DNA of 49,529 nucleotides from Bdellovibrionota bacterium (GTDB lineage: Bacteria; Bdellovibrionota_C; UBA2361; OMII01): the NCBI GenBank assembly GCA_044345405.1, contig JBIJBE010000024.1, positions 1-49,529 of the forward strand, in the 5' to 3' direction. The position numbers and the translations under genes were made by a program. Of the stretch, positions 18,001 through 29,758 are shown piece after piece; position 1 is the first letter of the stretch, and each line of letters begins with the position of its first letter. A model generated the notes under the pieces. The model did not search any database. It was not told the DNA's origin and saw only the letters and a list, made by a program, of their open reading frames with translations.

Positions 18001-20685
18001 CTACCCCGTCGTTCGGAGCCCACCCGCGATAGCGTTGGTAACCAGAAGAAGTTCCTCAAGGGTCCCCTGCGCCCCACCACTTCGCCACTCCTTGAGAAGC
18101 TCAACCTGACGCCGATGAAGATCCACAAGTGGCGGCTCTCGCAGGGAGAGTGTCTTGAACATACGCGGGCGCCGCTCGGAGAACGCCCCTCCGAGAAGGT
18201 CAGCTACGAGTTCCCGACTTCGACGAAACTCCGAAAGGATATCGTTCATAAATGACTCCCGAAGGGATACATCCGCGCACAACGACGCATAGAGGGTCAT
18301 GACATCCTCGTGCGCGCTGTGCAGCGAGGTTTCGATATTCAGGAAGAGGTAGGCGATAGCTCCGCGAGCCTCGACCTCACGCCGCAAGGTGTTCCACCCT
18401 TCCGGGTCGTTCAAACAGAGATGGTCGAGAGCCTTTCCAACACCGTACCACCCTGAGAGAAGAAAGCGAGACTGATTCCACGCGAATACCCACGGAATAG
18501 CGCGGAGATCCTCCAGCGATGAGGCCCCTGACCTCCTCGTGGGACGTGAGCCGATCTTACTTTGCTCGATCACATCGACCGGCGTGACCGCGCGGAAGAA
18601 TGGGACGAAGTCTTTTCGGGTAATCAGGTCCCGATAGGCCGAGAAACTAATATCCGAGATCGTTCGAACAACTCGACGAGCCCCCTCTGATATCTCCTTC
18701 TCCTCGTGAAGCGCGCCGTGTTTGAGCGTTCCCGCCACAAGGACCTCAAGGTTGTACGATGCAGTGAGAAGGTTGGCGTATTTCTGAGAGATCGTCTCCC
18801 CCTGCTCCGTTAACTTCATTCCGTGCGCGAGAGCGCCATGGGGTAGCGAGGCGAGGAAGCGATCGGTAGGGCCCGCGCCACGGCTAATAGTGCCACCACG
18901 TCCGTGGAAGAACCGAATCGGTTGTTCGAGCTCCGCCGACAGAGCGAGAAGCCTCTCCTGCGCGCATTGAAGCGCCCAGAAGCTCGCGAGAATTCCGCCA
19001 TCTTTATTGCTGTCGCTGTACCCGATCATGACATCCTGAACCCCCTTCTTGGCGCTCAGGGATCGCGCGACAACCGGGTGCCGAACAAATGCGCCGAGCA
19101 CCTCGTGGCTTCGCTCAAGATCATCAATGGTCTCAAAGAGAGGTACGATCTGAAGGGGCGTAAGCACCTCTCCATCAAGGAACTCAATCAACTCACCCTC
19201 TCTCGCGAGGAGACACACCGTGAAGAGGTCCTCCGGCGAGCGGGTCATACTGACGATAAAGGAACCGATGCCGTTCGCTCCGAAGCTCCGAACGTGGTCG
19301 GCGAGCACGGCGAAGAGTTTTCGTATCTCATCACCCTCGGGGCCCACCGATTGCGAATGGGGAACGAAGGGACGGGGTCTAGATAACTCAGATGAGATAA
19401 AGGCAGAGCGCTCCTCAGCTGAAATGTCACACCAGGGACGATCGAACAACTTCGCGCTCGTGATGAACTGGTCGAGCGCTTTCTCAAGAACCGCGCTGTT
19501 CTGGCGGATATCGAGGCGCGCGAGATGAAAACCAAAGGTGTGCGCGATCTGGATCGCTGGCAGAAGATCCTCTTGCGCCAACCGGCCGGCGCCGATCGCG
19601 TGCAATGCCCGCGCAAGGAGCGCGAGATCCTCGACCAACTCATCGGATGTAGTGTAGCTGTGCGACTCCGCTCCAGACGCGCTGTTTGGAATTCGCAAGG
19701 CCACCAAGTTGAGAAATTGACGGAACGGCTCCCCGGGATTTCTATTCACCGCGCTCTCGGCTAGGGCACCACACACCTTCTTGAGCGAATCCAATCGCTC
19801 CACAAATTCCGCGGGCAGTGAGAGAGAGGCACCAGAGAGGCTCAACCCCGCGGCGAGTCGCCGAACCTCACTTCGCTGAAGGTCGAGCGCGTGCTGCCGA
19901 AGAGAGAGAAGGGTCGCACGGGTAACATCGGCGGTCACGAATGGATGACCATCACGGTCGCCACCAACCCAGTTCCCAAAGGAGAGCCCCGGGAAAACGG
20001 GCTTGTCGGAAAAGGTCTTCCCATCAAGCCCCTCTCGTCGCCACGCGATGACGAAGCGCTTGACCATCAAGGTAATCACACGGGGGAACACCTCTGAGAG
20101 GTAGTGGATGACGTTCTGCAATTCGGAGAACACATCGGGTCGATGAATAAACACCTCACCGGTGCGGTAGATACGCTCAAGGTGAGCCTTCACCTCCTCC
20201 CGCATCAGATCACGCTCAGATGATGAGTACATCTGGTTTTCCAGTCGAACCTGCAAGAGGTAGAGATTTCGGTAGTGCTCAAGCACCGTCGAGCGCTTCG
20301 CCTCAGTTGGATGAGCGGTCAATGTGGGACACACGCGCACCCGTTCAAAGAGCTCACGGATCTCTGAGCTTGAGAGATGAGACTTGAGAGCGGGTAACAC
20401 CTCGCGCCAGCGGCCCCTCTCAACACGACGTCCTCTCTCAGCGTCATCACGACGCCGGGCCTGATTCGCGGTATTCTCCTCGACCGTATTGAGTATCTGA
20501 AACGCAAGGGAGTAGACACGGACTCCGTCGCGGGTAAGGTGCTCCGCCTCCGACCTTGCGGAGGACCAGGGAACGATTTTGGCGAGGTCAGGCTCACCAA
20601 GCTCTTTGAGGGTCTCCGTAAGACACTCAATAAGAAATGAGAGGTCTTTATCCCACTTAACGAATTCGAACCCGTAATCAGCCAT
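18001..20685 (-). CDS. ppc: Phosphoenolpyruvate carboxylase
   Basis: LTAHPTE, WVGGDRDGHP, VMIGYSDSNKDGG, FFHGRGGTISRG, LRAIPWVFAWNQSR, terminal GLRTTG. Confidence 0.97.
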   Translation of the reverse strand: MADYGFEFVKWDKDLSFLIECLTETLKELGEPDLAKIVPWSSARSEAEHLTRDGVRVYSLAFQILNTVEENTANQARRRDDAERGRRVERGRWREVLPALKSHLSSSEIRELFERVRVCPTLTAHPTEAKRSTVLEHYRNLYLLQVRLENQMYSSSERDLMREEVKAHLERIYRTGEVFIHRPDVFSELQNVIHYLSEVFPRVITLMVKRFVIAWRREGLDGKTFSDKPVFPGLSFGNWVGGDRDGHPFVTADVTRATLLSLRQHALDLQRSEVRRLAAGLSLSGASLSLPAEFVERLDSLKKVCGALAESAVNRNPGEPFRQFLNLVALRIPNSASGAESHSYTTSDELVEDLALLARALHAIGAGRLAQEDLLPAIQIAHTFGFHLARLDIRQNSAVLEKALDQFITSAKLFDRPWCDISAEERSAFISSELSRPRPFVPHSQSVGPEGDEIRKLFAVLADHVRSFGANGIGSFIVSMTRSPEDLFTVCLLAREGELIEFLDGEVLTPLQIVPLFETIDDLERSHEVLGAFVRHPVVARSLSAKKGVQDVMIGYSDSNKDGGILASFWALQCAQERLLALSAELEQPIRFFHGRGGTISRGAGPTDRFLASLPHGALAHGMKLTEQGETISQKYANLLTASYNLEVLVAGTLKHGALHEEKEISEGARRVVRTISDISFSAYRDLITRKDFVPFFRAVTPVDVIEQSKIGSRPTRRSGASSLEDLRAIPWVFAWNQSRFLLSGWYGVGKALDHLCLNDPEGWNTLRREVEARGAIAYLFLNIETSLHSAHEDVMTLYASLCADVSLRESFMNDILSEFRRSRELVADLLGGAFSERRPRMFKTLSLREPPLVDLHRRQVELLKEWRSGGAQGTLEELLLVTNAIAGGLRTTG

Positions 20686-20770
20686 ACGTTACCTAAACCT
20701 TGTGAGTACAGGGTGCCATACGTTGGGGGTTGGAGAAACCGAAAAGAGTTGGGTTCGGGGTACTAGCCTT

Positions 20771-20898
20771 CGTAAACGTGCTCGTAAACGTGAACGTGCA
20801 CGAACGAAGTTACCGGCTTTTTAAGCTTGAGAGGTTACGCTCACCCCTCGGGTATGTTCACGTTCACGTTCACGCTCACGTGCACGAGCACGTTCACG
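20771..20898. repeat. Two degenerate hexamer arrays in inverted orientation (CGTGAA/CGTAAA-type 20771-20806; GTTCAC/GTGCAC-type 20856-20898)
   Basis: Directly visible in the intergenic region between rmd and ppc. Confidence 0.85.
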
Positions 20899-20908
20899 GG
20901 CGAGAGAC

Positions 20909-21844
20909 CTACGCGCCCGCGAGGGAGTCAAACCAATATCGGTAGGTATCCTCAAGGGACCGTCGAAGTGGTATCTCAGGGATCCACCCACACACGTCCC
21001 GCACGTGGTCAATTGAACCGTACAACTCCGGGACCTCAGGCCCACGCATGCGCTGGGGATCCTGCCGGATCTCGACCTTGCATCCTGATATCTCAATCAG
21101 AGTCATGAGCAGCTCATGGATAGAGACCGCTCGACCCGACCCAAGGTTAAAGATACCTTGATGAGAGGTCGCTATCCGACGGTACCCTCGCACGATATCC
21201 CGAACATCGGAGAAGTCCCGCCGAGCCTCTAGATTTCCTACCTCCAACACAGGAGGGGTCAATCCTCGGGCGACTCGGGCCAACTGGAGGGCGAAATTCG
21301 ACGCCACAAAACGGGGATCCTGTCTCGGTCCGATATGATTGAACGGTCGGGCGATGGCGCAGCGGAGATTCCCCTGACGCCCGTAGCGTTCGACGACAAG
21401 CTCCGCCATTCGCTTGCTCAAGCTATAGTTGTTCGCTGGCCTCAGCGCGTTATCCTCACGGATAGGGAGCTCGTTCGGCTGAACATGCCCGTAGACCTCC
21501 GCTGAGCTCACGAAAAGCAATGCTGGCTTTGACTCTAACGACGCGCAATAGCGCGCGACGTTCGCGGTTCCGGCGACGTTTACGTTAAGGGTCTTCTCGA
21601 AGTTACTCTCAGCCTCGGGAACAAACGCGATACCAGCGAGGTGATAGACGACCTCAGGCCTGACCCGCTGCAACAGCGCCCCAACCTCAGGGCCATTGGT
21701 AATATCGAGCGCATGAAACAAACCGTCTCCTTGAGATTGCGCGGAAAGATTGCAGGTACCCACTACCTCATCACCACATTCTCGGAGGTGATCGACAAGG
21801 TAGCGGCCAACGAATCCACCAGCGCCAATGACAAGAGCTCGCAT
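20909..21844 (-). CDS. rmd: Extended SDR, probable GDP-4-keto-6-deoxy-D-mannose reductase (Rmd-like)
   Basis: GAGGFVG, YSLSK, RPFNHIGPRQ, VGNL..RRDFSDVRDIV; directly downstream of gmd. Confidence 0.72.
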   Translation of the reverse strand: MRALVIGAGGFVGRYLVDHLRECGDEVVGTCNLSAQSQGDGLFHALDITNGPEVGALLQRVRPEVVYHLAGIAFVPEAESNFEKTLNVNVAGTANVARYCASLESKPALLFVSSAEVYGHVQPNELPIREDNALRPANNYSLSKRMAELVVERYGRQGNLRCAIARPFNHIGPRQDPRFVASNFALQLARVARGLTPPVLEVGNLEARRDFSDVRDIVRGYRRIATSHQGIFNLGSGRAVSIHELLMTLIEISGCKVEIRQDPQRMRGPEVPELYGSIDHVRDVCGWIPEIPLRRSLEDTYRYWFDSLAGA

Positions 21845-21870
21845 CGTTTCCGTACTGAGAAAGGTTCGCC

Positions 21871-22842
<972 letters not shown>

Positions 22843-22867
22843 TCACCTATCCGGTTACTAAAAATGA

Positions 22868-23950
22868 TTATATCAAATCCTTGCGCTCACGACGCTTCAG
22901 CTCTTCAACTACTTTGCGCACCTCTTGCACACTATCTCGGGCGACAACGAGAAGAGCGTCACCAGCGTCGATGACCACGACATCTTTTAATCCCACAGCG
23001 GCGATGAGACGCCCCTCCGACCTGATAACACATCTCGTACTATCGATGACAACGGCGTCTCCTCGCACGAGATTTCCATCAGCGTCAGTTGAGAAGTTCT
23101 CGGCCCACTGGTCCCACGAGCCGACATCATTCCATCCGAATTCCTGGGCCTCAATCACAACACAGTTTCGAGCGTGCTCAAGCACACCGAAATCGATAGA
23201 GGTGGATTGAAGGGTCGAAAAGATCTCCGCCACTTGAGCGTCTACGTCTCCCTTTCCCCCCTCAAGGAGCCCCTTAATCTTCATGAGCCCAGCGTGCATA
23301 TCCGGGAGATACTCCTCGAAGGCTTTAAGGATGACCCCGGCTCGCCAAACGAACATGCCGGAGTTCCAGGAGAAACAACCCTCTTCGAGATACTTCTCAG
23401 CTCGCTCAAGGCTTGGCTTCTCAAAGAAACGCTCGACGCGATACGCTCGCCCAGAAAGGACCGCGCCCCGCTTAATATACCCGTAGCCGGTGTGTGGGCT
23501 TGTTGGAGGTATGCCGATAGTCACCAGAACATCGTGAGCTGCAGCGTTAGCGGCGGCCTCCTGAAGCGCTTCACGCAGGCGATTTTCATCTTTCACCGCG
23601 TGATCGGCGGGCAAGGCCACCATAACGGGGTCACCATCTGGGGACTCGACTAACGCGTGGACAGCGGCGAGACCGATGCAGGCGGCCGTATTACGTGCGG
23701 AGGGCTCGCGAATAATCTTCACCGCGGGAACGTGCTCTTGGATCAAAGGATGCAATCCGCTGTGCGCTATTACCCGAATGTCATCGGCCTCAACGAGGGG
23801 CTGAATGCGACGAACGGTCGATTGAATGAGGCTCTCGCCATTCTCACTCATTGAGAGAAACTGCTTGGGCTTCGCGCTACGACTCAACGGCCAAAAGCGG
23901 CTTCCTTGTCCGCCAGCGAGAATAACTACTAACGTTTTTGTGCCGCTCAT
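22868..23950 (-). CDS. manC: Mannose-1-phosphate guanylyltransferase
   Basis: ILAGGQGSRFWPLSR..PKQFL, RNTA, PADH, F.EKP, WNSGMF, WNDVGSW. Confidence 0.93.
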   Translation of the reverse strand: MSGTKTLVVILAGGQGSRFWPLSRSAKPKQFLSMSENGESLIQSTVRRIQPLVEADDIRVIAHSGLHPLIQEHVPAVKIIREPSARNTAACIGLAAVHALVESPDGDPVMVALPADHAVKDENRLREALQEAAANAAAHDVLVTIGIPPTSPHTGYGYIKRGAVLSGRAYRVERFFEKPSLERAEKYLEEGCFSWNSGMFVWRAGVILKAFEEYLPDMHAGLMKIKGLLEGGKGDVDAQVAEIFSTLQSTSIDFGVLEHARNCVVIEAQEFGWNDVGSWDQWAENFSTDADGNLVRGDAVVIDSTRCVIRSEGRLIAAVGLKDVVVIDAGDALLVVARDSVQEVRKVVEELKRRERKDLI

Positions 23951-23951
23951 C

Positions 23952-24830
23952 TTATCGGGCCCCTAGTACGTGAATCTCTCGCAAAAAAGCCTCGAGAGCA
24001 TCGCTCCACCGCATCGGTGGTCGACCGAGCGCCGAGGTGATCCGAGCTGTGTCGAAGGCAGAGAAGGTAGGACGGGGAGCGGGCCTCTTAAGGGCCGCCG
24101 CGGTCGTGCGTTCAACCTTGGCGACAGGTCGTCCCTCGAAATGAGGAAGCGCTTGGCGACGTATCTCGGAGGCGAAATCATACCACGACACGGTTCCCTC
24201 ACATGACGCGTGGAGGGTTCCGCCTACCGTATTTCGGGCGCAATCAAGCAACACCTCGCCGAGCCAGCCTGCCCATGTCGGAGATACCCATTGGTCATCG
24301 ACGACGTTGACGACCTCGCGTTCGGCGAAGAGCTTAAGCATGGTATATACGAAGTTTACACCCTTCTGACCGTAGAGAGACTGGGTTCGAACGATCAAAG
24401 CGTCGTCACCAAGAACCCCACGAATGCGCTCCTCCCCTTCCCACTTCGAGCGTCCGTACACACTCAATGGGTTGGTTCGGTCGTCCTCTTTGAGCGGCCG
24501 ACCTAAAGATCCATCGAAGACGTAATCCGTAGAAACATGAATACATCGAGCCTTCGTGAGCGCGCACGCGTCAGCGATATTAAAGGCGCCATCTCGGTTG
24601 ATTCGAAACGCTTGCTCAACCTCCTCCTCCGCTTTATCGACCGCGGTGTAGGCTGCGCAATTAATTACGACATCGGGGTTAGCCGAGCGAGTTACCTTCA
24701 CGACCTGATCGTGGTCCGTAATATCGACCTCCGTCGCCACTGGAGACACTACCTCAAACTCCAGATCCGCGGCACGCGAACGAAGCTCATAGCCAAGTTG
24801 TCCCGCGCCGCCAAAAAGAAGGATCTTCAC
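23952..24830 (-). CDS. rfbD: dTDP-4-dehydrorhamnose reductase
   Basis: G..GQLG, NCAAYTAVDKAE, STDYVFDG, YGRSK, VVDDQ..SPT, PAPRP. Confidence 0.95.
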   Translation of the reverse strand: MKILLFGGAGQLGYELRSRAADLEFEVVSPVATEVDITDHDQVVKVTRSANPDVVINCAAYTAVDKAEEEVEQAFRINRDGAFNIADACALTKARCIHVSTDYVFDGSLGRPLKEDDRTNPLSVYGRSKWEGEERIRGVLGDDALIVRTQSLYGQKGVNFVYTMLKLFAEREVVNVVDDQWVSPTWAGWLGEVLLDCARNTVGGTLHASCEGTVSWYDFASEIRRQALPHFEGRPVAKVERTTAAALKRPAPRPTFSAFDTARITSALGRPPMRWSDALEAFLREIHVLGAR

Positions 24831-24839
24831 GCAATCACC

Positions 24840-25859
24840 TTATCCACGGTTTGAGTAATTACTCTCGTAGTACGAGCGATACGCCCCGCTCTTGATCTCC
24901 TCCCACCATGGACGATTTGCTTTGTACCACTCAACGGTCTTCACGAGACCATCACGGAACGGAGTCTTAGCCTCCCAGCCCAACTCAGTTCGAATCTTTG
25001 TGGTATCGACCGCGTAGCGGCGATCATGAGCTGGCCGATCACCAACGGGCTGAATGAGGTCTTTAGACTTTCCGAGCATCTCAAGGATCATGAAGGTAAC
25101 ATCTCGGTTCGGCAACTCGCAGTCACTCGTACCGCCGATGTTATACACCTCTCCAGCGCGGCCCTTCTCCGCTACGCGAAGAAGTCCATCACAGTGGTCC
25201 TCAACGAAGAGCCAACTGCGCACGTTCATCCCATCTCCGTAAAGCGGCACCTTCTTATCCTCCATCGCGTTGGTGATGAAGAGTGGGATGAGCTTCTCTG
25301 GGAAGTGGTAGAAGCCGTAGTTGTTCGTGCATCGAGTAACCGACGCGTTGAATTTGTGGGTCTTGCAGAATGAGAGGACCATGAGATCGGACGCTGCCTT
25401 TGACGCGGCGTACGGACTCGTCGGATCCAGCGGTGTCGTCTCAACGAAGTGTCCCGTTGGTCCAAGAGAACCGTACACTTCATCGGTGGAGATATGAACG
25501 AACTTGGTAACCTTATGTTTGTACGCTGCGTCGAGAAGAACCTGGGTCCCCATGACGTTAGTGCTCACGAACTCGCTAGCCGACATGATCGATCGATCTA
25601 CGTGGCTCTCAGCGGCTAGGTGAAACACAAGGTCGAATTTCTCGCGTTCGAAGAGGGTGGAGATACCCGTTTGGTCTGTAATGTCCGCACGCTCAAAAGA
25701 GACACGCCCTTCATCAACCAAGGTAGCGATATTTTTAAGGTTGCCCGCATAGGTCAGAAGGTCGAGCGCAGTGATTTTCCACGAAGGACGCTCTCTGCAC
25801 AAAAAGTGCACCAAATTACTGCCGATAAAGCCTGCGGCTCCGGTTACGAGAACCTTCAT
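24840..25859 (-). CDS. rfbB: dTDP-glucose 4,6-dehydratase
   Basis: GAAGFIGS, LTYAGN, AAESHVDRSI, STDEVYGSL, SPYAASKA, FPEKLIP, DRPAHDRRYA. Confidence 0.96.
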   Translation of the reverse strand: MKVLVTGAAGFIGSNLVHFLCRERPSWKITALDLLTYAGNLKNIATLVDEGRVSFERADITDQTGISTLFEREKFDLVFHLAAESHVDRSIMSASEFVSTNVMGTQVLLDAAYKHKVTKFVHISTDEVYGSLGPTGHFVETTPLDPTSPYAASKAASDLMVLSFCKTHKFNASVTRCTNNYGFYHFPEKLIPLFITNAMEDKKVPLYGDGMNVRSWLFVEDHCDGLLRVAEKGRAGEVYNIGGTSDCELPNRDVTFMILEMLGKSKDLIQPVGDRPAHDRRYAVDTTKIRTELGWEAKTPFRDGLVKTVEWYKANRPWWEEIKSGAYRSYYESNYSNRG

Positions 25860-25899
25860 GGAAACTCCCCAAACAAGAGAAATTAAACAGTCACAACAG

Positions 25900-28449
25900 C
25901 TAGTTAGTGTCGGACGCGGTCATACCTACGCCCTGTCTCATACCCCCTAACCCTCCAAAAGTAAAGCCTAGGAGAACCTGGCTTTGGTCAGGGTTATTGG
26001 TCTGCCCGAAGCCCAAATCGGCGCTCCAGCAACGACAGGAGTTGATGAATCGTAGGAGTGCCCTACTCTCGATAACCTCCCCCTCCTGAGCGTCAAGTCG
26101 GAGGTATCCACCAGCACGAAGGCGTTGGTGCAAGGCGATCTCGATATTCCCCTCGAACTGCCCAGTGCCGTTGTCCACGTTAGGATCCTCGTCGGTGTCG
26201 TCGATGAAGATGTATCGTGCCCGAATCATATCCTCCCGGTCATCCATGAATCCGAGGGAGAGCGAGTAGCTATGAAAGAGCGCGTCTTCGATACCGTAGT
26301 TTGTCTGGGCACCGGTCGCGAAATACTTTGAGGGGGAAAGCGAGAGTCCCACGTTCACATCGGAGAACTGATCCAATCCATCGTTGTTGTCGTCAGAGGA
26401 GGGATCGTCCTGCTCCCCCTGCGTATTGTTTATGAAATCATAGGTCTGCCGCACGGTGAACAACGCCAACTGCCGAATCTCCCCGCTTCGAAGATCGATA
26501 TTTTGAGCCGGAGCCACAAGCATGTTCCGTCCAAAATCCAAGACGGAGCTACCTAAATCGACCATCGGGATCGATTGGCCCTGAGGTGAAAGCTCCTCAA
26601 TATCCCGGACCCGCTCATACGGCTCCATGAACCGCCCATAGAGCCGAGAACTAAACCCGTACGAGACCATACTCCGCTGACGATATCGGTCGATCTGATC
26701 GAAGAAAGGATTGTATTCCTGATCAACGTCGGGGATGTAGGTGTACCGCACATCGGGCTCGATCGTGTGCTTGAGGCGAGCGAGCTCTGACCGTTCGTTC
26801 TGAGCGCCGAGATTGACCAAACGCGAGAAAGTGCCTCCGCGATCGACGTCGAACACCCGCTCGACACCGGTATTCATACCGTAGCTAAGAATTGGAAGGG
26901 TTCGATTACTCGATGAAGCAAGCTCGGTCGACCCATCAGGTAACGGCGTTCCTGTCGACGGCAACATCGTTTCCCGGAGGCTATACTCTGTTTGATGAAG
27001 CTCAGCCGAGAACTGCCCCCTCATATAATTTGAGATGTGGAACGGAATCGACGCCTTGGGAACGATGTCGGTTCGCCACCCGTCATACCCGTCATCACGA
27101 ACAAAATTGGTTCCCGTAACACCAGCTCCGGTGACGAGCTTCAACCCGTAGGGGTTGAACCCGAACGGACGGAAGGTCGTTCCCGTATTCGCGGTCAACT
27201 CAGGAAGTCGCTGGGTTTGAACTTCCGGGTCGGTAAGGAGCATCTGGTTGTATTCAGCGCGGGCCTCGGCGTTGACAGCTTCCAACACACGCCCTCGAAG
27301 TACGGCGGTCGAGGTTAGGAATTGGGACTGCTTTTCGCCGATTTGAGGGGCGGGAATCTCTCGCAGAAAGAGATTGTCACTCGTATATCGACCGTCGGCG
27401 ACGAACTCGAGAGGGATGCCTGATTTTGGATCTGGCACCCAACGTTGCTTGTAGTACCCACCGGTTCGATTCGTATCGATAGTTGGATCGTAGGTATCCT
27501 CGACATCCAGACCGCGCAAACTATCCCCACGCAACGACTCATTCGAGTAGATGAACCCTCCGGTTAGGTTATGGGTTCGGGAGAAGATCCGCTCAACGTC
27601 GAGCGCGGATCCAACACGTGTCTTGGTGGCGATAAATGGGGAGACCGTGAAGTCTGTGGATCCGTCGACGATACCAAGGATCGGTTGTCGATAGAGGATA
27701 CCGTTCTGATTACTAACGCCCCACTGCGGAGGTAGTAACCCAGAGGCGCGTTCGTTCTTCACCGGAAAAGCGAGGTAGGGGGTGTAGAAGATCGGAAGCC
27801 CCTCAAAATATACGCTCGAATCGTACGAGTGCGCGTACCCTTCTTGTGTCAGCTTACATGAGTCGGAGCGAATCTCCCAAGGCTTCGCGCCATCCGGGCA
27901 GTGACATGAGGTCACCGAAGAGTCCTCTAGTTCGAAATCAAATTCCGAGACTTTACGTGCCTTGGCGGATTCAACATCGAAACCACCCTCCTCAACTTCG
28001 AACTTCAGATTCGTAAACTCACCCGTTTCATTGGGAACGTTCAAGTTGGCTGAATCCGCGGCGAGGAGGCCCGCACTTGAGCTTACGACCACATTGCCAG
28101 CCACTATCCCTTGGCGGGTCTGCGTATTGAAGGTCCCCTCGTCGGCTTGAACCTGCACACCACTATCCGAGATGGTAACCCCACCTTTGCCAACGATCTC
28201 ATTCTTGTTTCGGTCAAACTCAATAACGGGCGCTTGAAAGTCCACTCCGGGGGCTGGGGCGGTAACACCCCCGGTTGCTTTCTTCATGCGGAGGGACTCC
28301 TGCTGCTTGGTCTTCTTGGAATCCTCCGCAAACCAAGATTGTCGATCAGGGGGTGGCACCTGCGCGGCTGCCCTACCGGCGACGGCGAACATCAAAGCAC
28401 CGACCATAACGGTCGCCAACACTACGCGCTGAACAGGAACTACCTTCAT
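25900..28449 (-). CDS. lptD: LPS-assembly outer-membrane protein LptD
   Basis: Signal peptide, OstA-like N-domain, TSC..., PIFYTPY..FP...R.SGLL.P, QRLPEL, KHTIEP...Y.YIP, C-terminal CW and beta strands. Confidence 0.88.
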   Translation of the reverse strand: MKVVPVQRVVLATVMVGALMFAVAGRAAAQVPPPDRQSWFAEDSKKTKQQESLRMKKATGGVTAPAPGVDFQAPVIEFDRNKNEIVGKGGVTISDSGVQVQADEGTFNTQTRQGIVAGNVVVSSSAGLLAADSANLNVPNETGEFTNLKFEVEEGGFDVESAKARKVSEFDFELEDSSVTSCHCPDGAKPWEIRSDSCKLTQEGYAHSYDSSVYFEGLPIFYTPYLAFPVKNERASGLLPPQWGVSNQNGILYRQPILGIVDGSTDFTVSPFIATKTRVGSALDVERIFSRTHNLTGGFIYSNESLRGDSLRGLDVEDTYDPTIDTNRTGGYYKQRWVPDPKSGIPLEFVADGRYTSDNLFLREIPAPQIGEKQSQFLTSTAVLRGRVLEAVNAEARAEYNQMLLTDPEVQTQRLPELTANTGTTFRPFGFNPYGLKLVTGAGVTGTNFVRDDGYDGWRTDIVPKASIPFHISNYMRGQFSAELHQTEYSLRETMLPSTGTPLPDGSTELASSSNRTLPILSYGMNTGVERVFDVDRGGTFSRLVNLGAQNERSELARLKHTIEPDVRYTYIPDVDQEYNPFFDQIDRYRQRSMVSYGFSSRLYGRFMEPYERVRDIEELSPQGQSIPMVDLGSSVLDFGRNMLVAPAQNIDLRSGEIRQLALFTVRQTYDFINNTQGEQDDPSSDDNNDGLDQFSDVNVGLSLSPSKYFATGAQTNYGIEDALFHSYSLSLGFMDDREDMIRARYIFIDDTDEDPNVDNGTGQFEGNIEIALHQRLRAGGYLRLDAQEGEVIESRALLRFINSCRCWSADLGFGQTNNPDQSQVLLGFTFGGLGGMRQGVGMTASDTN

Positions 28450-28599
28450 TAAACCAAGAAACCCCTTAAGACATTATCCCCCTCACACTAGCCAGGAGAG
28501 AGGCTCGGCGAAAGGGGTTGAGTGAGGACTTTTGCTTTTCGACCGTGCCCGTTGATGGGGCTCTAAGAACACCCTCTCCCACATGCGTGACGCAACCAT

Positions 28600-28640
28600 A
28601 AAGAAAGGGGCCCGAGCCGCGTACCGCCGCTCGAGCCCCT
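28600..28640 (-). terminator. Probable intrinsic terminator after accD
   Basis: Minus strand AGGGGCTCGAGC-loop-GCTCGGGCCCCT followed by TTCTTT. Confidence 0.7.
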
Positions 28641-28668
28641 GATAGTGCCGATAGACACCCTCCTGGAA

Positions 28669-29523
28669 TTATATTCCGAAGCCGAAGTTTCGAAGGATAA
28701 GCCCTAACTCCTCTCGCATCGCGGTTCGCGATACGATTCGATCGAGCATTCCGTGCTCAAGGAGGAACTCAGAACGCTGGAACCCTTCGGGAAGCTTCTG
28801 CTTAATCGTTCCCTCAATAACGCGAGGTCCAGCGAACCCGATGAGAGCGTCCGGCTCAGCGATAATCACATCACCAAGCATCGCGAACGACGCCGCGACA
28901 CCACCAGTGGTTGGGTCCGTAAGAACAGAGATATAGGGAATATGCGCCTGACCAAGCTGCGCGAGCGCGGCGCTCACCTTAGCCATCTGCATCAAGGAGA
29001 AAACGCCCTCTTGCATTCGAGCACCACCCGAAGCGGAGACGATAATAACAGGCCGCTTCTCATCACGACCAAGCTCCACGAGTCGAGCGAGCTTTTCGCC
29101 AACTACAGACCCCATGCTTCCACCCATGAAGGAGGAATCGAACACGCCGAGCATGACCGGGATGTTGAGAATGCGGGCCCGTCCCGTGATGATAGCCTCG
29201 ATCGATCCGGTCTTCTTCTCGGTATCACGAAGCCTATCCTTATACTTCTTCTTATCCTTGAAGTTGAGCGGATCGGTGGAGCGAAGGTTAGCGTCGAGCT
29301 CCAAGAACGAGTGCCGATCAACCAGGAGAGGAATTCGCTGACGCGCGGTCAGTCGGAAGTGGTGTGTACACTTTGGACACACACCGAACGCTCGGCGAAG
29401 ATCCTTCGTATACAGGATCGCCTCGCACTTAGGACACTTAGTCCAAATATCATCTGGCAATTGCACCGGTTCAGCAACGTCACCGGTCTGCTTAGGAGCC
29501 TTACTTCGTGTAAACCAACCCAT
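28669..29523 (-). CDS. accD: Acetyl-CoA carboxylase carboxyltransferase beta subunit
   Basis: WTKCPKC..VCPKC zinc finger, FMGGSMGSVVGEK, SGGARMQEG, PTTGGV.ASFA, LPEGFQRSEFLLEHG. Confidence 0.97.
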   Translation of the reverse strand: MGWFTRSKAPKQTGDVAEPVQLPDDIWTKCPKCEAILYTKDLRRAFGVCPKCTHHFRLTARQRIPLLVDRHSFLELDANLRSTDPLNFKDKKKYKDRLRDTEKKTGSIEAIITGRARILNIPVMLGVFDSSFMGGSMGSVVGEKLARLVELGRDEKRPVIIVSASGGARMQEGVFSLMQMAKVSAALAQLGQAHIPYISVLTDPTTGGVAASFAMLGDVIIAEPDALIGFAGPRVIEGTIKQKLPEGFQRSEFLLEHGMLDRIVSRTAMREELGLILRNFGFGI

Positions 29524-29758
29524 GGTTCCCCAAAAGAATCAAAACAGCATCATACAGGACGTAGCATCTCATCGGAGACACCTCGCCTTGAAGGGGGTAA
29601 GGTACCAGACAACGTGACTCAGAGGCAACCTTGCGACACCGCCTAAAAAAGTGTGAGACTCGGGGGGCTTAGAGTGAACTCGGGCACACGCTCCGTGATG
29701 GCCACTACGTGAGAGCTCTGAGAGTCCAGGTATACTGAGTACGAAAGTCAGCACAACT

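Noticed and set aside
20730-21108. Short ORFs with VHVHVH, FTFTFT or RERERE runs
   Set aside because: Translation by-products of the hexamer arrays
28753-29646. 297-aa plus-strand ORF
   Set aside because: Antisense shadow of accD with no recognisable motif
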